This document shows, piece by piece, positions 38,410 through 50,621 of a stretch of DNA of 56,126 nt. Under the pieces are notes generated by a model. It was not told the DNA's origin, ran no database searches, and saw only the letters and a list, made by a program, of their open reading frames with translations. This stretch comes from Rotaria socialis (Eukaryota), in the NCBI GenBank assembly GCA_905331295.1, contig CAJNYD010000551.1, forward strand, positions 124,001-180,126. Reading direction: 5' to 3'. The stretch's first letter is position 1. Every line of letters begins with the position of its first letter. The translations under genes were made by a program, and so were the position numbers.

Positions 38410-39771
38410 GAGCAGTTTACGTGGTTTTTGTTTTGTTTTTTATTCGCAGAAGAATGTCGGTAATGAACAGAACACGGTAAACGAACACAATATTGATTGC
38501 AATCTGTATATGAAGAGAGAAAGAACGGGAATAACAAAAAAAGAAGGCGCACTAACACTCTTCTGCTTCCCGGAAGAATAATAAAAAACGATAGACAACG
38601 CATACATGTAACAGCAGGCGAGTACTTTGAAGTGATGCGCTGCATGCATCGCGTTCAACACGAGTAGGATTGTAGCACTTTGATTCGATTGGATTATAAG
38701 AATAACATGTCAAAAATCGAGCGAAGATAGATGTCACTCAACGGCATTGACACAAGAAATTTTATTGTTTTAACTACGATTCTTCCAATACATACTTGCT
38801 GTCGTCCTCAGTCGAGAAAATAGAACGAACTTCGTTAAACTAGATGAGTCTCGTAATATTTTTTTCCCTGTCAAACTTCATCAAAGCATCATGCAGACTA
38901 TAAATCTCCATGTTCTAGAAATCGCCGCACTTTTCATGATTAATCGTGAGATCTTGTCTTATCGCTATACTACTAGTCGCTGTGTCGTTGGTTGATAAAT
39001 CTTGCTTTTGTTGAATTTCAGTAGAAATCCCAATGATCAACAAAAAACAGAACTGATTTGAAAATATCAAAAAATAATTTTCCCTCTTCGTTCTTTAAAA
39101 TGGAAAAGTTGAACAAAGACTTCAAGTTAAATTAGATCACGTGAACTCGTTTGATTTATTCAAAGTCATTGTGAAGTCAGCAGATTTATGACAAATAGAC
39201 AGCCAAAACCGGCGGGAATCCTTTGTTCTTAATACACTAATAAAATAGTTCTTTCAATTATTCTTCAATAGGCAGAACATGGTCGCCTGCCCATTAACCA
39301 GTGTTCCCATTTGTACATTAAAGAAATTAATATTGGATACACACGTTGGACGAGTTATCAGTAAAAACATATCAAAAGTATGAAAACTTTACTTGGGACT
39401 ATTCTCTTGTTTATCATTGAACTAAATGCCTGATGCTTTAGAGCATTCAACCATTGTACAAAACGACGAAAATGATCTGTGGTCTCGTTGTGCATGATCA
39501 ATCATATAATCTGTGATGGATTTGACTCTTATTGAGTGGCGCTCCTACTAAGAATTGCTCTTTCTATTGATGGTATTTCTATTTCTAGGAGGTCGTCAAT
39601 AACTTTTGGCTATTAGTTGACTGGTTTCCATGGATCTCTGCATATTATTATTATTCAAATATCACTCTTGAGGGTGTTGTCAACTGTTGAACTACTACAT
39701 AATCCACGAAGAGAAATAGTAAATCTTTTCGTTGAATAGTAATCTTTGTTTCCTTTAGAAAGATTTCATCT

Positions 39772-40942
39772 TTAGAATGTAACAACTAGATTATCCATTG
39801 TGAAGTGTTTCGCATCACAGCACCAATCACAAATCGAAGTTAAATGTATGCTATCGATTCTGGGCCAGTTGAGTTCAACCAAGGTTCTATTTTGTATAAA
39901 TAGTGATACTGTTTTCGTAAACAAAATGGTGCCTGATCTTGAACCAACCATTGCCAGTGTTATGTTATCGTACCAAACTGCACAAGAATAAAATGAGTGT
40001 GCTGTAAATAATGTACTTGCAGTTGCACTTTCGATAGTCATTGGACTACCATATCCATTAAAAGCAAGATACGGTGGACTAACAACACCCGTTCTATAGC
40101 CAGTACCTGGATTGCTAAAATTTAAACCATTCAAAACCAAAACATTTTCCCAATTTAAACCACCATAGTTGCTAGGTACTGGAACTCCTGGTGTATCAGT
40201 AGTATTTGTTATGTCATCAAAAGTTATTAATGAGCGTCGTTCTGAAAAAGCTACAAATAAGAAAAATTCATCTCTGATTTAACTACCAAATTTCAATATT
40301 TTTGCCTCTAAAAGAACTTTAGGTTTGTAAATATTTTGAAAAATGATGTAAAACGTCTAAATTATACAGTTCATGAAATAAAGAATAAATTTATTCTAAA
40401 AGCCCTCTCAACTCATGATAGAAAAACCATCTCTCGACTTGGATTTTAACTGATATATTTTGTATTGAATTTCTTTTTCAAAACTCATTTGATTTAAGCA
40501 GGACGCAGATCTTCACTTGTTTTTTTTTCTATCGCATTATTATTTATTGAATAACATTCAACTATTTTTTTTAAAGCGGGTCGAAGATGACACGCATAAA
40601 TGAATAAAATGGAGTAACTGTTTGAAAATGTGTTCGATTGCTTAAGAACATCTACACTTGATTAGTCAGAAATAGAAAAGATGAAATTTTCAATCAATTA
40701 TTATCTTTGTGTTCGAACACAAATTCAATGCATTATAAATTAATATCATATAAAGTAAAATTACAAAATACGTAGACCTACTCGTTTGCTGATTAATGAA
40801 CAGCGGCCCTATCAAACAGAAAGCATTGTTGATGAATTAAAACAAATAATATTATGCGATCATTTTTCGACTTCATACTCAAGGATATTGTGACACTAAT
40901 AGTCCAGAAGAACAGAGTAGTAGTGATGATACTTGCAAACAT
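39772..40942 (-). CDS. Small secreted protein with a microbial-type beta-sandwich domain, 3 exons
   Basis: Exons 40942-40879 (signal peptide MFASIITTTLFFWTISVTISL), 40808-40782 and 40250-39772 are in frame. Domain motifs LITFDDI, VPSNYGGLNWEN, GYRTGVVSPPYLAFN and HFTMDNL. Confidence 0.8.
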
Positions 40943-42469
40943 AGTTTCTTGTCGAATGACGAATGAGTAGATTGAAGCATCTGAAAATACTTTAAATAAC
41001 CATACTTCAGTCGTTTCTGAGAGCTAACAGCAGATGGTGTCAGTGCATGTTGTCACTATTCAGCAAGGAGAAATGAGATGTAATTTATAATCACAATGCA
41101 ACAGAAATATAGATTCCAAAGCAGTGGAGTTTTACAGAATTTGAAAATTTTGTGATGCTGTTCGAAGGCATATTGCGGGGCCTGAGAGGAAAGTTTTGAA
41201 GGGTGTGGATGTGAACAAGCACGGGCCAAGAAAAAAATGCTAAAACGACAGTGTGAGAATTTTCCAGGGATATCAACTACTTTGACGATTGAGAATATAT
41301 TAGAAGGAGTGAAAAATAAAACATTCTCTTCAATCGGCTTTAAATCATGATGGTCCTGAATTTTCTAATGCATGTTTGATACTAATCCAATAAGTCACGT
41401 GATATGGCAGGTTTGCTTGCTCGTTTCGCGTTTGAATCGACTCTGAAGAAATTCATCATTTTATTGGATACAGATCATATTGATTATTTCGATTAATGAT
41501 AGGATCATGCAGTACAACTATTGCCAGAATATCCGAAAAATAGATATACTTTTCTCTGATCCACTTCTTAACCTGCAATCCTAACTGACTCTACGCAATT
41601 ACGCGATTTTCCTCTTATCATACTGAAGAGTGCTGACAAGTCACAATCGTAATAATTCCACCCGTACTGACTAGATATGTGAATACTTTTGCATCTGTTA
41701 TCGTTATCGTTCTTTTTCTTGTCTTTATCATCATTGTTCTGCCTCGGTCGTATCAGATTTTTAATGAAAGCTATTCAATCTTGTGTTACATTTCTCATTT
41801 ACATGCGTACCATGTGATTTGCTCTCGCTTTTCCCATTGTTCTGTTGTTATCAGCAACTGTTCAGAGTATTCTAACAGTTGATGATGATGATGTGGCAAA
41901 TTCTTGTAATCCTAACATTGAACCGTATTCGTCGTGCACAGTTCGTATAGAATTGCCACATGGTTGTGCATCAGGTACTTTACTTGTCTAGTTATCATAT
42001 TTTGTAGCGCCTAAAAATGTCTATCGAATGGTAGATCAGAGAGCAGTTCTATTGTGATATATTTGGCGTCGAAAATGGAAGAGTGTTTCCAAGAGAAATA
42101 GTCAACTTTTGTTTGTACCCATAACTTTATCTCAACGCCATCTTTCATTTCATATATAATTTGGTTAGGTTCAGTTGAAAAAATCGCAATAGGCCGATAG
42201 GGTATCTTATACGCTCCTGTCCTTTCAAACAATACTCACAGCTCTATTCAAAATATCCAAGTACGTTGAGGTGTCCGTGCAGCAAGCTTTCAATTGAGTA
42301 TGAAAAATTTCTTCAAATTAACTTTACTTTCCATCAATTATAAACAAGTGATTTCGTCGCTGATCAGTGGATTGAAGTTTTCGCTCCTACATACTTTCAA
42401 GGTTATGCATACAAAAACGATTTCCGCACTGTGGGCTCGTTTATATTTCAATCATTTGTCATGTTTTGT

Positions 42470-43200
42470 GATTTAGTGAATGAAACTATTTCTGACAACT
42501 TGATTCATCTCTATTCAATTCAGTATTTCAGTCCGAATGTAGTGAATTCAGATTTGCTTCATGCATAAACTCAAGCAACAATTAATCAAATTATATCATC
42601 AACAACAAAGGAATTTCTTTTATTTCTACAAATGATTCGTACAAAAACAGAAGCAAATGCTTTGATGTGGCCACTTCTAAGAAATTACTATCTCTATGAT
42701 TGACCAGCACTTGGTTTTATAAGTACATATGTGCAAGGACACTCAAATTGTTGGTGTTATAGTACCGCATCATGCTTTTCACGTTCAAGTATTTTCAAGA
42801 GTAGTACGCGGAAAATATTGTTTAATGTAGTCGGTCTCTATGCAGGATGTTATATGATTGAATCACTGGTTAGTTCAACTCTCGAGTGACTTTATAATCA
42901 ATCTATGTTGAATCACCAATGGTGATGAATGAAAAAGCTCTTAACTGCTCATTACTATATCAATATGAAATAAATACAACGGTTGGAGAAATAATTAATA
43001 ATTTGGTGATCGAGCAATGGAACCCATTGATTATGTTTGCAAATTACTATAGAGAATGTCAACCACTCCAATGCACGTATGATGTGAACACTAGGAATGA
43101 TGCTATATTCATTTTACCACAGTGTTTACACTTCTGGGTGCTATGATTACAATTTTGACACTGACCAGACCACTTTTCGTGTCAATATGCATGAAATTTA
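42470..43200 (+). pseudogene. Disrupted fragment of a Cys-patterned membrane-protein family I recall as expanded in bdelloids
   Basis: Remnant motifs VVGLYAGCYMIESLVSSTLE*LYNQ, NTTVGEIINNLVIEQWN and YYRECQPLQCTY, with in-frame stops and frameshifts. Confidence 0.6.
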
Positions 43201-44073
43201 TTCGAACTATATCAGGAGTCACATATTCAAACACTGTATACATCTATCAAAAATAAATCGCTACTTTCGACTCGCACTAGTATTATTTATGAATGCTATG
43301 CTGCTTTTAATGTTTATTTGATTTGGGTGTTGTTCGTTTTTATTTTTATGTTGCTCAAGTATCCTTGCTTACGTTTGATTGACTAATGATCTCGCTCAAT
43401 TTACGAACTCTTCTAGACTTCTACATCGGTAAAGATAAAACTTTGAAACCTTGAGACGAGTTTTTAGCATGCTCACAGCTTGAGAAGACGTTTTCGAATA
43501 CCACTAAAAGTTCTTTTTTCTTAAGATATATCTTGACGGTGTGAGTGTTGGTAAGATTGTGCCAGTTCTCTGTACAGAAAAATGACATCCTGCATTCACA
43601 TCGAGAAAAAGCAACATCTATTTAGAAACTGATAGCCATACTCTCAGTTATCGTCACTCTCAAATCTTTCTCGGAAACTGCTCATAGATACTTTCCAGAT
43701 CTCTAACTAGAAAGTCAAACAAATTGCGCAGGTAGTTTCACAACTCTTGTATACTCTTCTTTAAAAACAAACTGGCAGATGTGTAAGATAGAAGTAGCTT
43801 GTCCGATAATAAGATGGTAAACGACAACGAGATGAGAAGGATTCGAGAGAATGAACTGTCTTACCAACTAATTTCGTCTAAGACGCTGTTGGCACTTTTT
43901 TTAGCAGATTAAAGAAGGTTGTCAATATGATTTATTTTCTGTTAAATATATAGGCCTTCGTTTTTGTTATAGTCGAATTGAAGACACTACAAAAAAGATG
44001 AAATAGCTGAGTACAGCTATGGGGAAAATTCAAGTCGAGAATAAAAATTTCCATGAGGATGAAACAGAAATGA

Positions 44074-45483
44074 TTATGTAGCAGAAATGAAACGATCGAT
44101 GAGATCAAAGGCTGCACGTGGTTGTTCACTAGGAACTGAGTGACCAGCATTCCGAACCCAAGCCAAAAAGAAAGAATGTGCTTGCTTCAGATAACCAGCT
44201 ACCTCTCGATCGTCTTCTTTCACTTTCCAAACAATGCGTTCGGCACTACGCAACTGATCGGCATAGTTCCATTCGAGTTTATCAATCCAATTCATCGTCA
44301 CTGAAGAAGGAATAATGACATCAAGCAGTCCATTGTAAATCAATACTTTATAGTCATTGTTGGCTATCATCGCTACTTTGCTTGCAATTGACTGCATCGC
44401 ATCATCTTGAAGAGCAATCTGTACTTTTTCACCATCATTATATGTCATATTGCCTACATGAATTTGACGACGGTGCTCACTTGCCATCACCCAAGGAATA
44501 TAGTAGAAGTAATCGTCGGGAAAATTGGTACGAAGATAATCGTCAGCATCAATCATACCGGTCTTATTTGGATAGAAACTATCGAAAAGATCGCCAAAAA
44601 TAGAGTAAGCTTGTTGATATTGACCTTGTCGGATGGCTTCACGCACTAATGCTGTCAATAAATTAACATATTCTAGTTGTCGTTGATCAATCAAACCCAT
44701 TTGATACATCGCTGGTCCATAATCCCATTGATTATAAGGATCTATCAAACCATTACCGATGGCCATTCCTTTTAGATTGATTTTTAATTTGGCTTGAGGA
44801 TTTTCTGTGTGAATTTTATAAACAATAGCTGGTACATATTTGCCACCATAGGACTCGCCAGTAGCATAGAAATGACACGACGCATATTCGTAATAAATTT
44901 GAAAGAATTGGATGAGCATCGCGTAAAGATCACGTGCTACTTCATCTTCAGTATGCACATAGCATTGATCGGCGGCAGTAAAACTAAAGCCAGTGCCAAC
45001 CGGTTGATCAATAAAGAGAAGATGATATTTAGAATTCCAAGTGATATTTCTTGGATGAAGCTGCTCATTTTCGTCGACTTGAATTGGGCCATGCTCGGAG
45101 AAAAGACCAAAAAGAGACGATGCACCAGGTCCACCTTGTAACCAAACAACCAACGGCGAATCAACATGACCATTTTGAGCAGGAAAGAACCAAAAAAATA
45201 GACTACTATTACATGTCTTATTGATAGTTAAATAGCCGGAATAGGATAGAGAAGAATAAGCTGGTTGTAAATGTACTTGGCTTAAGTTACGAGCTAGATC
45301 GATTTGACCTGTTTCTAAATAAGGTGTCAGAAAGAGCGGCTCGCCAGGATCATCCCCTGGTAGAAATGGAGTTTGAGAAATGCTGGCGAGGTGACGACGA
45401 AGTAGATCGAAAGCTTCGATACAAACTGATGAATAAAATAAGAGAATAACAAAAGCAGACAGATGGTTTAGGGAATGAAACAT
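44074..45483 (-). CDS. CPVL: Serine carboxypeptidase S10, CPVL/vitellogenic-like, intronless
   Basis: Signal peptide after the ATG at 45483; GEPLFLTPYL, WLQGGPGASS, GESYGGKY (Ser), NGLLDVII (Asp), AGHSVP (His). Confidence 0.92.
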   Translation of the reverse strand: MFHSLNHLSAFVILLFYSSVCIEAFDLLRRHLASISQTPFLPGDDPGEPLFLTPYLETGQIDLARNLSQVHLQPAYSSLSYSGYLTINKTCNSSLFFWFFPAQNGHVDSPLVVWLQGGPGASSLFGLFSEHGPIQVDENEQLHPRNITWNSKYHLLFIDQPVGTGFSFTAADQCYVHTEDEVARDLYAMLIQFFQIYYEYASCHFYATGESYGGKYVPAIVYKIHTENPQAKLKINLKGMAIGNGLIDPYNQWDYGPAMYQMGLIDQRQLEYVNLLTALVREAIRQGQYQQAYSIFGDLFDSFYPNKTGMIDADDYLRTNFPDDYFYYIPWVMASEHRRQIHVGNMTYNDGEKVQIALQDDAMQSIASKVAMIANNDYKVLIYNGLLDVIIPSSVTMNWIDKLEWNYADQLRSAERIVWKVKEDDREVAGYLKQAHSFFLAWVRNAGHSVPSEQPRAAFDLIDRFISAT

Positions 45484-45769
45484 GGTTTGTTTGTTGTCAC
45501 AAATGTGTGTGCTTGCACGGATCCGTGCTGTGTCTCTTATCAAAATGTGATAAAAAAAAGAGAAAAAGAAAGCTGTCTTTAATCATCATATTTACATAGA
45601 CGATTCTTTTCTAACCAATCTGAGTCAAGTTAGCCCTCGAGATAAAAGAATTCAAGGAATAATATCTGAATATTCATCAGCAACTAATCAACCAGTTAAA
45701 AAATAAATAAAAGGAATCGTTCTCACAATAGCTCAATGAGTTCAATCACTAATCGATAAGAAGAACAGG

Positions 45770-46250
45770 AAAATGGGCAAACCCGATCATTAATGTATGC
45801 CATGTCAAAACTACTTATTTTAGCAAATAAGAGAATGAAATCATTTCTATTACAGAATCTAATCTAGAAAAAGAACATCTGTTCTTTCTTGAAGATGACA
45901 ATACGTTTAGAAACGATTGAATAGACAAACTAGATGGCGATGTACTAAAAGTAATTATTGAACATAATTAAATATCATAAGATCATCAACAAAACAGAAA
46001 AACGAATGAAGGCTTAACAGTACAAACTGAAACGAAACAATCACATAAATTCTATCCATTATATAAAACCGAAACAGAAAAAAGTTCATTGCTGATGATT
46101 TTAATGCAACAATATATCAGATGGATTCTAGGAAAACTAATGCAAAAGAAAAAAAATTACAAGACTTTATTAAATGAAGACTTATGAAGTGACATAATTA
46201 TGAAGAAAAAATTGAATGAATATTATCTTAGGCAACCATGGGTTTGAAAA
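45770..46250 (+). mobile_element. Possible relic of a FLYWCH/MULE-type transposase
   Basis: Short remnants QTRWRCTKS and EHN* plus a Lys-rich downstream stretch; heavily decayed. Confidence 0.3.
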
Positions 46251-46644
46251 AATCAAAATGTTAAAACTAGTCGACCGCTCACCTCCAAGATCCTATTTAA
46301 AACTTAATCCAAACCAACGTCTCCTAGCGTTCTACTTTAATGCCAAAGAATGAAGTATAACTTTAGTTCTTTATATCAAGAAAAGCAAATGTGTATTATA
46401 CTCGTTTTCCATTCGTTGAAATTTCAATTAATTACAGGCCTGTGGTCATTTATTTCGCTTTCGGTATACATAATTGAAAAGATCTCTGTATTCAATTTTT
46501 AAGAATGCAAGTTACTTTGCGTATGTCTCTACTGCTACCGGTTTCCTGATGCAATGAGTTTCAAAGCTTTTTACACACGAAATATGACATTTTCTATTCA
46601 TAAGAGTAATTCTAAATTTCAGTGTGCTACACAAGCCCATATAT

Positions 46645-46865
46645 TAGGGGCGTAACCAGAGGGGGGCTAAGCCCCCCCCCTACAGAGGTCTTAGGCCCCC
46701 CTAGAAAAAATAAGTTTAGCCCCCCCTACCATGGCTTTGACCAACGACTTATCCCCCCCTACAGAGGTCTTAGCCCCCCTTGAAAAAATAAGTTTAGCCC
46801 CCCCCTACCATGGCTTTGACCAACGACTTATCCCCCCCTACAATTTTTTTCTGGTTACGCCCCTA
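46645..46865. mobile_element. hAT-type MITE with an internal ~79-bp tandem duplication
   Basis: Perfect 16-bp TIRs TAGGGGCGTAACCAGA / TCTGGTTACGCCCCTA; TSD CCATATAT / CCATATAG (7 of 8); repeat units at ~46674-46752 and ~46753-46831. Confidence 0.9.
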
Positions 46866-46899
46866 CCATATAGTTTACTTATGAGATAATTACATTATT

Positions 46900-48850
46900 T
46901 CTCAGATTTCCGTTTGATCTTTGAGATTTTCATAAACTTTCGCAAAATTGCAATCCATTACTTTCGCCTTGTTCTTCTTCTAAATACAATAGAAAATTTC
47001 TACTTTTCTACTCTTTCCTGATAGTCAAACTGAATGAGACGACAAACATATTAGACGATACAATTACATATTAACTTCTGTTGCACTGATTACCGTCTTG
47101 TCGTAGGGCGCTATCTATTTTTATTCTTGTTGATTTTTGGCCCAGTTTAATCTTCTTTTTTATTGGTTGGGTGTTGAGTATTATGATTGGTAAAAACATC
47201 GGATTCTTACAACACGTTTCTTCATCTATAAATAATCACTGAAGAAATTTCCAATTTGAATCAGTCGTGATTATTGTGCGCCTGTGCGCAATACTATCTT
47301 TTTTGGATTAGATTGTTATCAATATTTTTAATGAATGTTTTAATGTTGCTCTATCCTCTTTACCAATGTAACATTCGTTTCACCTACATACATCGACTCC
47401 ACACTCATATTCGATTTTATGTCTGCAATTGAATTTCTGTTCGTTCTTATCAGTAAGTTTACATGCGCTTATAGCTTTTCTGAGTACGAACACAATAAAT
47501 CGATGCGTAGCTTTTTAATCTTCGCTTTAAAACTTCTATAGAATGTGTATAAAATAAGATGATAGAAGATGTTACTTCTTTTGAATGTCTATTGATGGAT
47601 GGATTTGGACCATTGTTTATTAATAGTCTAGTTGTAATTATTGGATGAATTTTGGTTTTTTGGTTTTTCTGATATAGTACGATTTTTTACAAGTTTATTA
47701 GTATCTTGTTTTTATTCTAGAGTATTTCTCAATGTACCTTTAAAGCTCAATGCCGTGCTAGAAATGATATTCTTTATTATCGATTTATTATGCCATGAAA
47801 TATAAGTAAATAATATGCGTATCATTGTTTTTTTTCTGAACTATTTACTCTTTTTTATATTGTTATTTTGATCTCTTGCTAATGTAGTATATATTGTACT
47901 AATAATAATTATATCACCTACTTATTCTCGAAGTCTTTGTAGGATGTTGATTTTGTTAAGATATTTTTTCGTAAAACCATCAATATACATATGCCTTCAA
48001 TACCCAATGGTAGACATATTCTTGTCAGCAATCCTTGTTTCAACTTTTGACATTGTCAATGAAACACGTATGAAAGTTTCGGACTGATCTATTCTGTTTA
48101 TTGCGATGTACAGTTTTTGTGAGTAGAATGTTAAAATACATGTCTGCATATCAAATAGTGCTTTCCTCAATTCTTTAATTTTGTTAAAGTCAAATGTGAA
48201 ATGTTTTTTCATTGCACAAGTACTGAATATTCCTTAACATTTTCTTGATAGTTTTGCTAGATTTTTTTATACTTTAGTTTTTTTTCCATCTTCAAGTGAG
48301 AGTTATTATTTCATTTATTGTTGCTATTTTAATATTGGAAAAAATGTTAGGTTTTCATTTTTAGCTATTGATTATGTCAGCAGTTATGTTCTATGTATTA
48401 GGTGTTGACATAGATTTGAGACTTTTTTTTCTATTATTTTAATTTGATGTTCACCGAACGCCACAGATGATACATTTATACGTTAGGATGATTCTTATTT
48501 TCATAATTCTTTTAATTATTACTAGTTATGCTGCTAAATTAAGTTGATAAAATTTTTAGTATGTGTTAGCTTCTTGTTGAAAAGTCTATTGTGTTAAGCC
48601 ATTGTAGGTTTAGTTTGTAGTCTCTGGTAAATTGAATATTTTGTTGAGTATTTACTTTTATATTATATAATATTAGTTTTTTCTTATTTCAATCATAGAA
48701 TTCAACAAAATTATTTTATTCTTATAACAATACCTATTCCTTTTTATGACTAATTCTTTCAGTATTATCTTTTGATCTTTGCATAACTTTGAAATATTGA
48801 ATAAAGAAGTTTCGAAGATCTTCTGTTTTCTTGTTCAGTTTATGCATTGA
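46900..48850 (-). mobile_element. Decayed Penelope-like retroelement (RT + GIY-YIG endonuclease)
   Basis: Remnants in the expected order on the minus strand: KGIGIVI (~48730, ADKGN-like), KIFNLPE...ANTY (~48600), KTVHRNKQ...NFHT and DGFTKKY (~48100-47970, thumb), and CG..YVGETNVTLVKRIEQH (~47400-47345, GIY-YIG). Many stops and frameshifts. Confidence 0.65.
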
Positions 48851-49571
48851 TCTATAAATTTAAAATTCAAATTTAAATTTCTATTTAAGTTTTGTTTTAT
48901 TTATATACCAACATATAAATTGAAGACGGAACCAGTATATGTTTTGAAGCGTTCTTTGTAAAAACTTCAAAAACAAAACTCTTTAATCAATACGGGAACA
49001 ACTAAACAATGGAACCAGATAATATGAAAAAGAAATTAAAACGGTTTTCCTCAACGTCACGAAAAGTTTTATGCTGTGAAGACACAGCACAAACTATGAG
49101 CACATCGTTCTGATACTTCTTGTATCAACAATCATCAAATATAGATATCATTCGTTGTTACAATCTGTAGTCATAATCCGGAAAAATCTTTCAAAGCAGC
49201 TCGTTTATCATTCAACTGCAGATGCGCCCGTATACGTATGATATAAATCTTAAAAGATAAGTTCTATAGAACTTCCTAGATTTTCGATTAACTATTTATG
49301 ACCATGTTCCAGATAATTTGGCAGGCTACTTGACTCTGTTAGCTGGTGCTGACATGCCATATCTTTACTACTCAAAATGAACTGATGTTACAGTAGAGAA
49401 AAGCGTTCTCTGAATCTTCAAATGATAAAATATTTGTTTTGCTTATCTACCTTTCTCTTTTTATAAAACGGTTTTAGTATAGTTAACTGAATGTAAAAAA
49501 AACAGATAATTTTATCTGCAATCGTCAGTGATATTTTATACTTGTTGTCTTGCTTCTAGATTTTCATCCCA

Positions 49572-50621
49572 ATGTCAAAAACAATTCTTGTTACAGGCGC
49601 TAATTCTTTTATCGGTACTTGGATCGTCCAAGATCTTCTTGAGAAAGGTTACAGCGTTCGTGGAACAGTACGATCTCAAGCGAAAGAAACCCAAGTTCTT
49701 GATGGTGTTTCGAAGGATTATCACAGTAGAATTTCGTTTGTACACATTAATGATATTACTACAGACTCATTTGATGAAGCTGTGAAAGGTGTTCTTGGCA
49801 TTATTCACGTTGCTTCGCCATTTCATTTCAACGTCACAGATCCAGAAAAAGATCTAATTTTGCCAGCTATCAATGGTACTCTTGGCGTTCTGAAAGCAGC
49901 TCACGCATACAACCAAAACAATGATAATACAATAAAAAGAGTAGTTATTACATCATCATTTGCTTCGATCTTTGATCCAAGCAAAGGACTACGACCTGGC
50001 TATTCATATACTGAGAAAGACTGGTCTCCAGTCACCTACGAGCAAGGAGCAGCTGCTAAAAATGAACCAATGACGGCTTATCGTGCGTCAAAAGTATGTG
50101 CTGAACGCGCTGCATGGGACTTCATTGATAAGGAAAAACCTTCGTTTACAATCGCAACCATATGTGAACCACTGGTCTTTGGACCACGCGCTGGTGGTTT
50201 CAGATCACTGGATGATATTAATACTTCTAATGCATCAGTACGAGGACTGGTCACTAGCGGTAAAGATGCTCCAATGCTCGAAACACGAGTACCATTCCAA
50301 GTAGATGTAAGAGATGTGGCTCACACACACACAGCAGCTCTAGAACGATCAACTGATACAAGCGAACGCTATCTAATAGCAGGAGGAACTTGGAGTTTTC
50401 AGGAAATAGCGGATCTCGTTCATAGCAGTACCGTCATTCCGGACAATATCAAGAATACTACGCCAGTTGGCATCAAAGGTCAATCACTTCCAGATCATTA
50501 TGAGATTGATAGTTCGAAGGCTCAAAAAGACTTGGGCATTACATATATTCCTTTGAAGAAAACGATGGAAGATTTAATTGTGCAATTAGCCGATTTACAA
50601 ACAATGCTAGAACAATCATGA
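49572..50621 (+). CDS. Extended SDR, fungal GRE2 / aldehyde reductase II-like NADPH-dependent reductase, intronless
   Basis: ILVTGANSFIG, VRGTVRS, IHVASPF, LILPAINGTLGVL, VVITSSFASI, catalytic AYRASK, AERAAWDFIDKEKPSF, VDVRDVA; AATAAA after the stop. Confidence 0.92.
   Translation: MSKTILVTGANSFIGTWIVQDLLEKGYSVRGTVRSQAKETQVLDGVSKDYHSRISFVHINDITTDSFDEAVKGVLGIIHVASPFHFNVTDPEKDLILPAINGTLGVLKAAHAYNQNNDNTIKRVVITSSFASIFDPSKGLRPGYSYTEKDWSPVTYEQGAAAKNEPMTAYRASKVCAERAAWDFIDKEKPSFTIATICEPLVFGPRAGGFRSLDDINTSNASVRGLVTSGKDAPMLETRVPFQVDVRDVAHTHTAALERSTDTSERYLIAGGTWSFQEIADLVHSSTVIPDNIKNTTPVGIKGQSLPDHYEIDSSKAQKDLGITYIPLKKTMEDLIVQLADLQTMLEQS

Noticed and set aside
44382..45173. Several overlapping ORFs inside the CPVL gene; similar ones lie inside the phosphatase, SDR, SLC20, Ku80 and FAF1
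   Set aside because: Antisense or alternate-frame shadows of real coding exons, with no motifs of their own.
45484..45543. ORF-track N-terminal extension of CPVL from a TTG start
   Set aside because: The ATG at 45483 directly precedes the signal peptide and is the plausible eukaryotic start.
46674..46831. Tandem repeat considered as CRISPR-like or telomeric
   Set aside because: Two contiguous units without unique spacers, enclosed by TIRs and a TSD; eukaryotic context, no cas genes.
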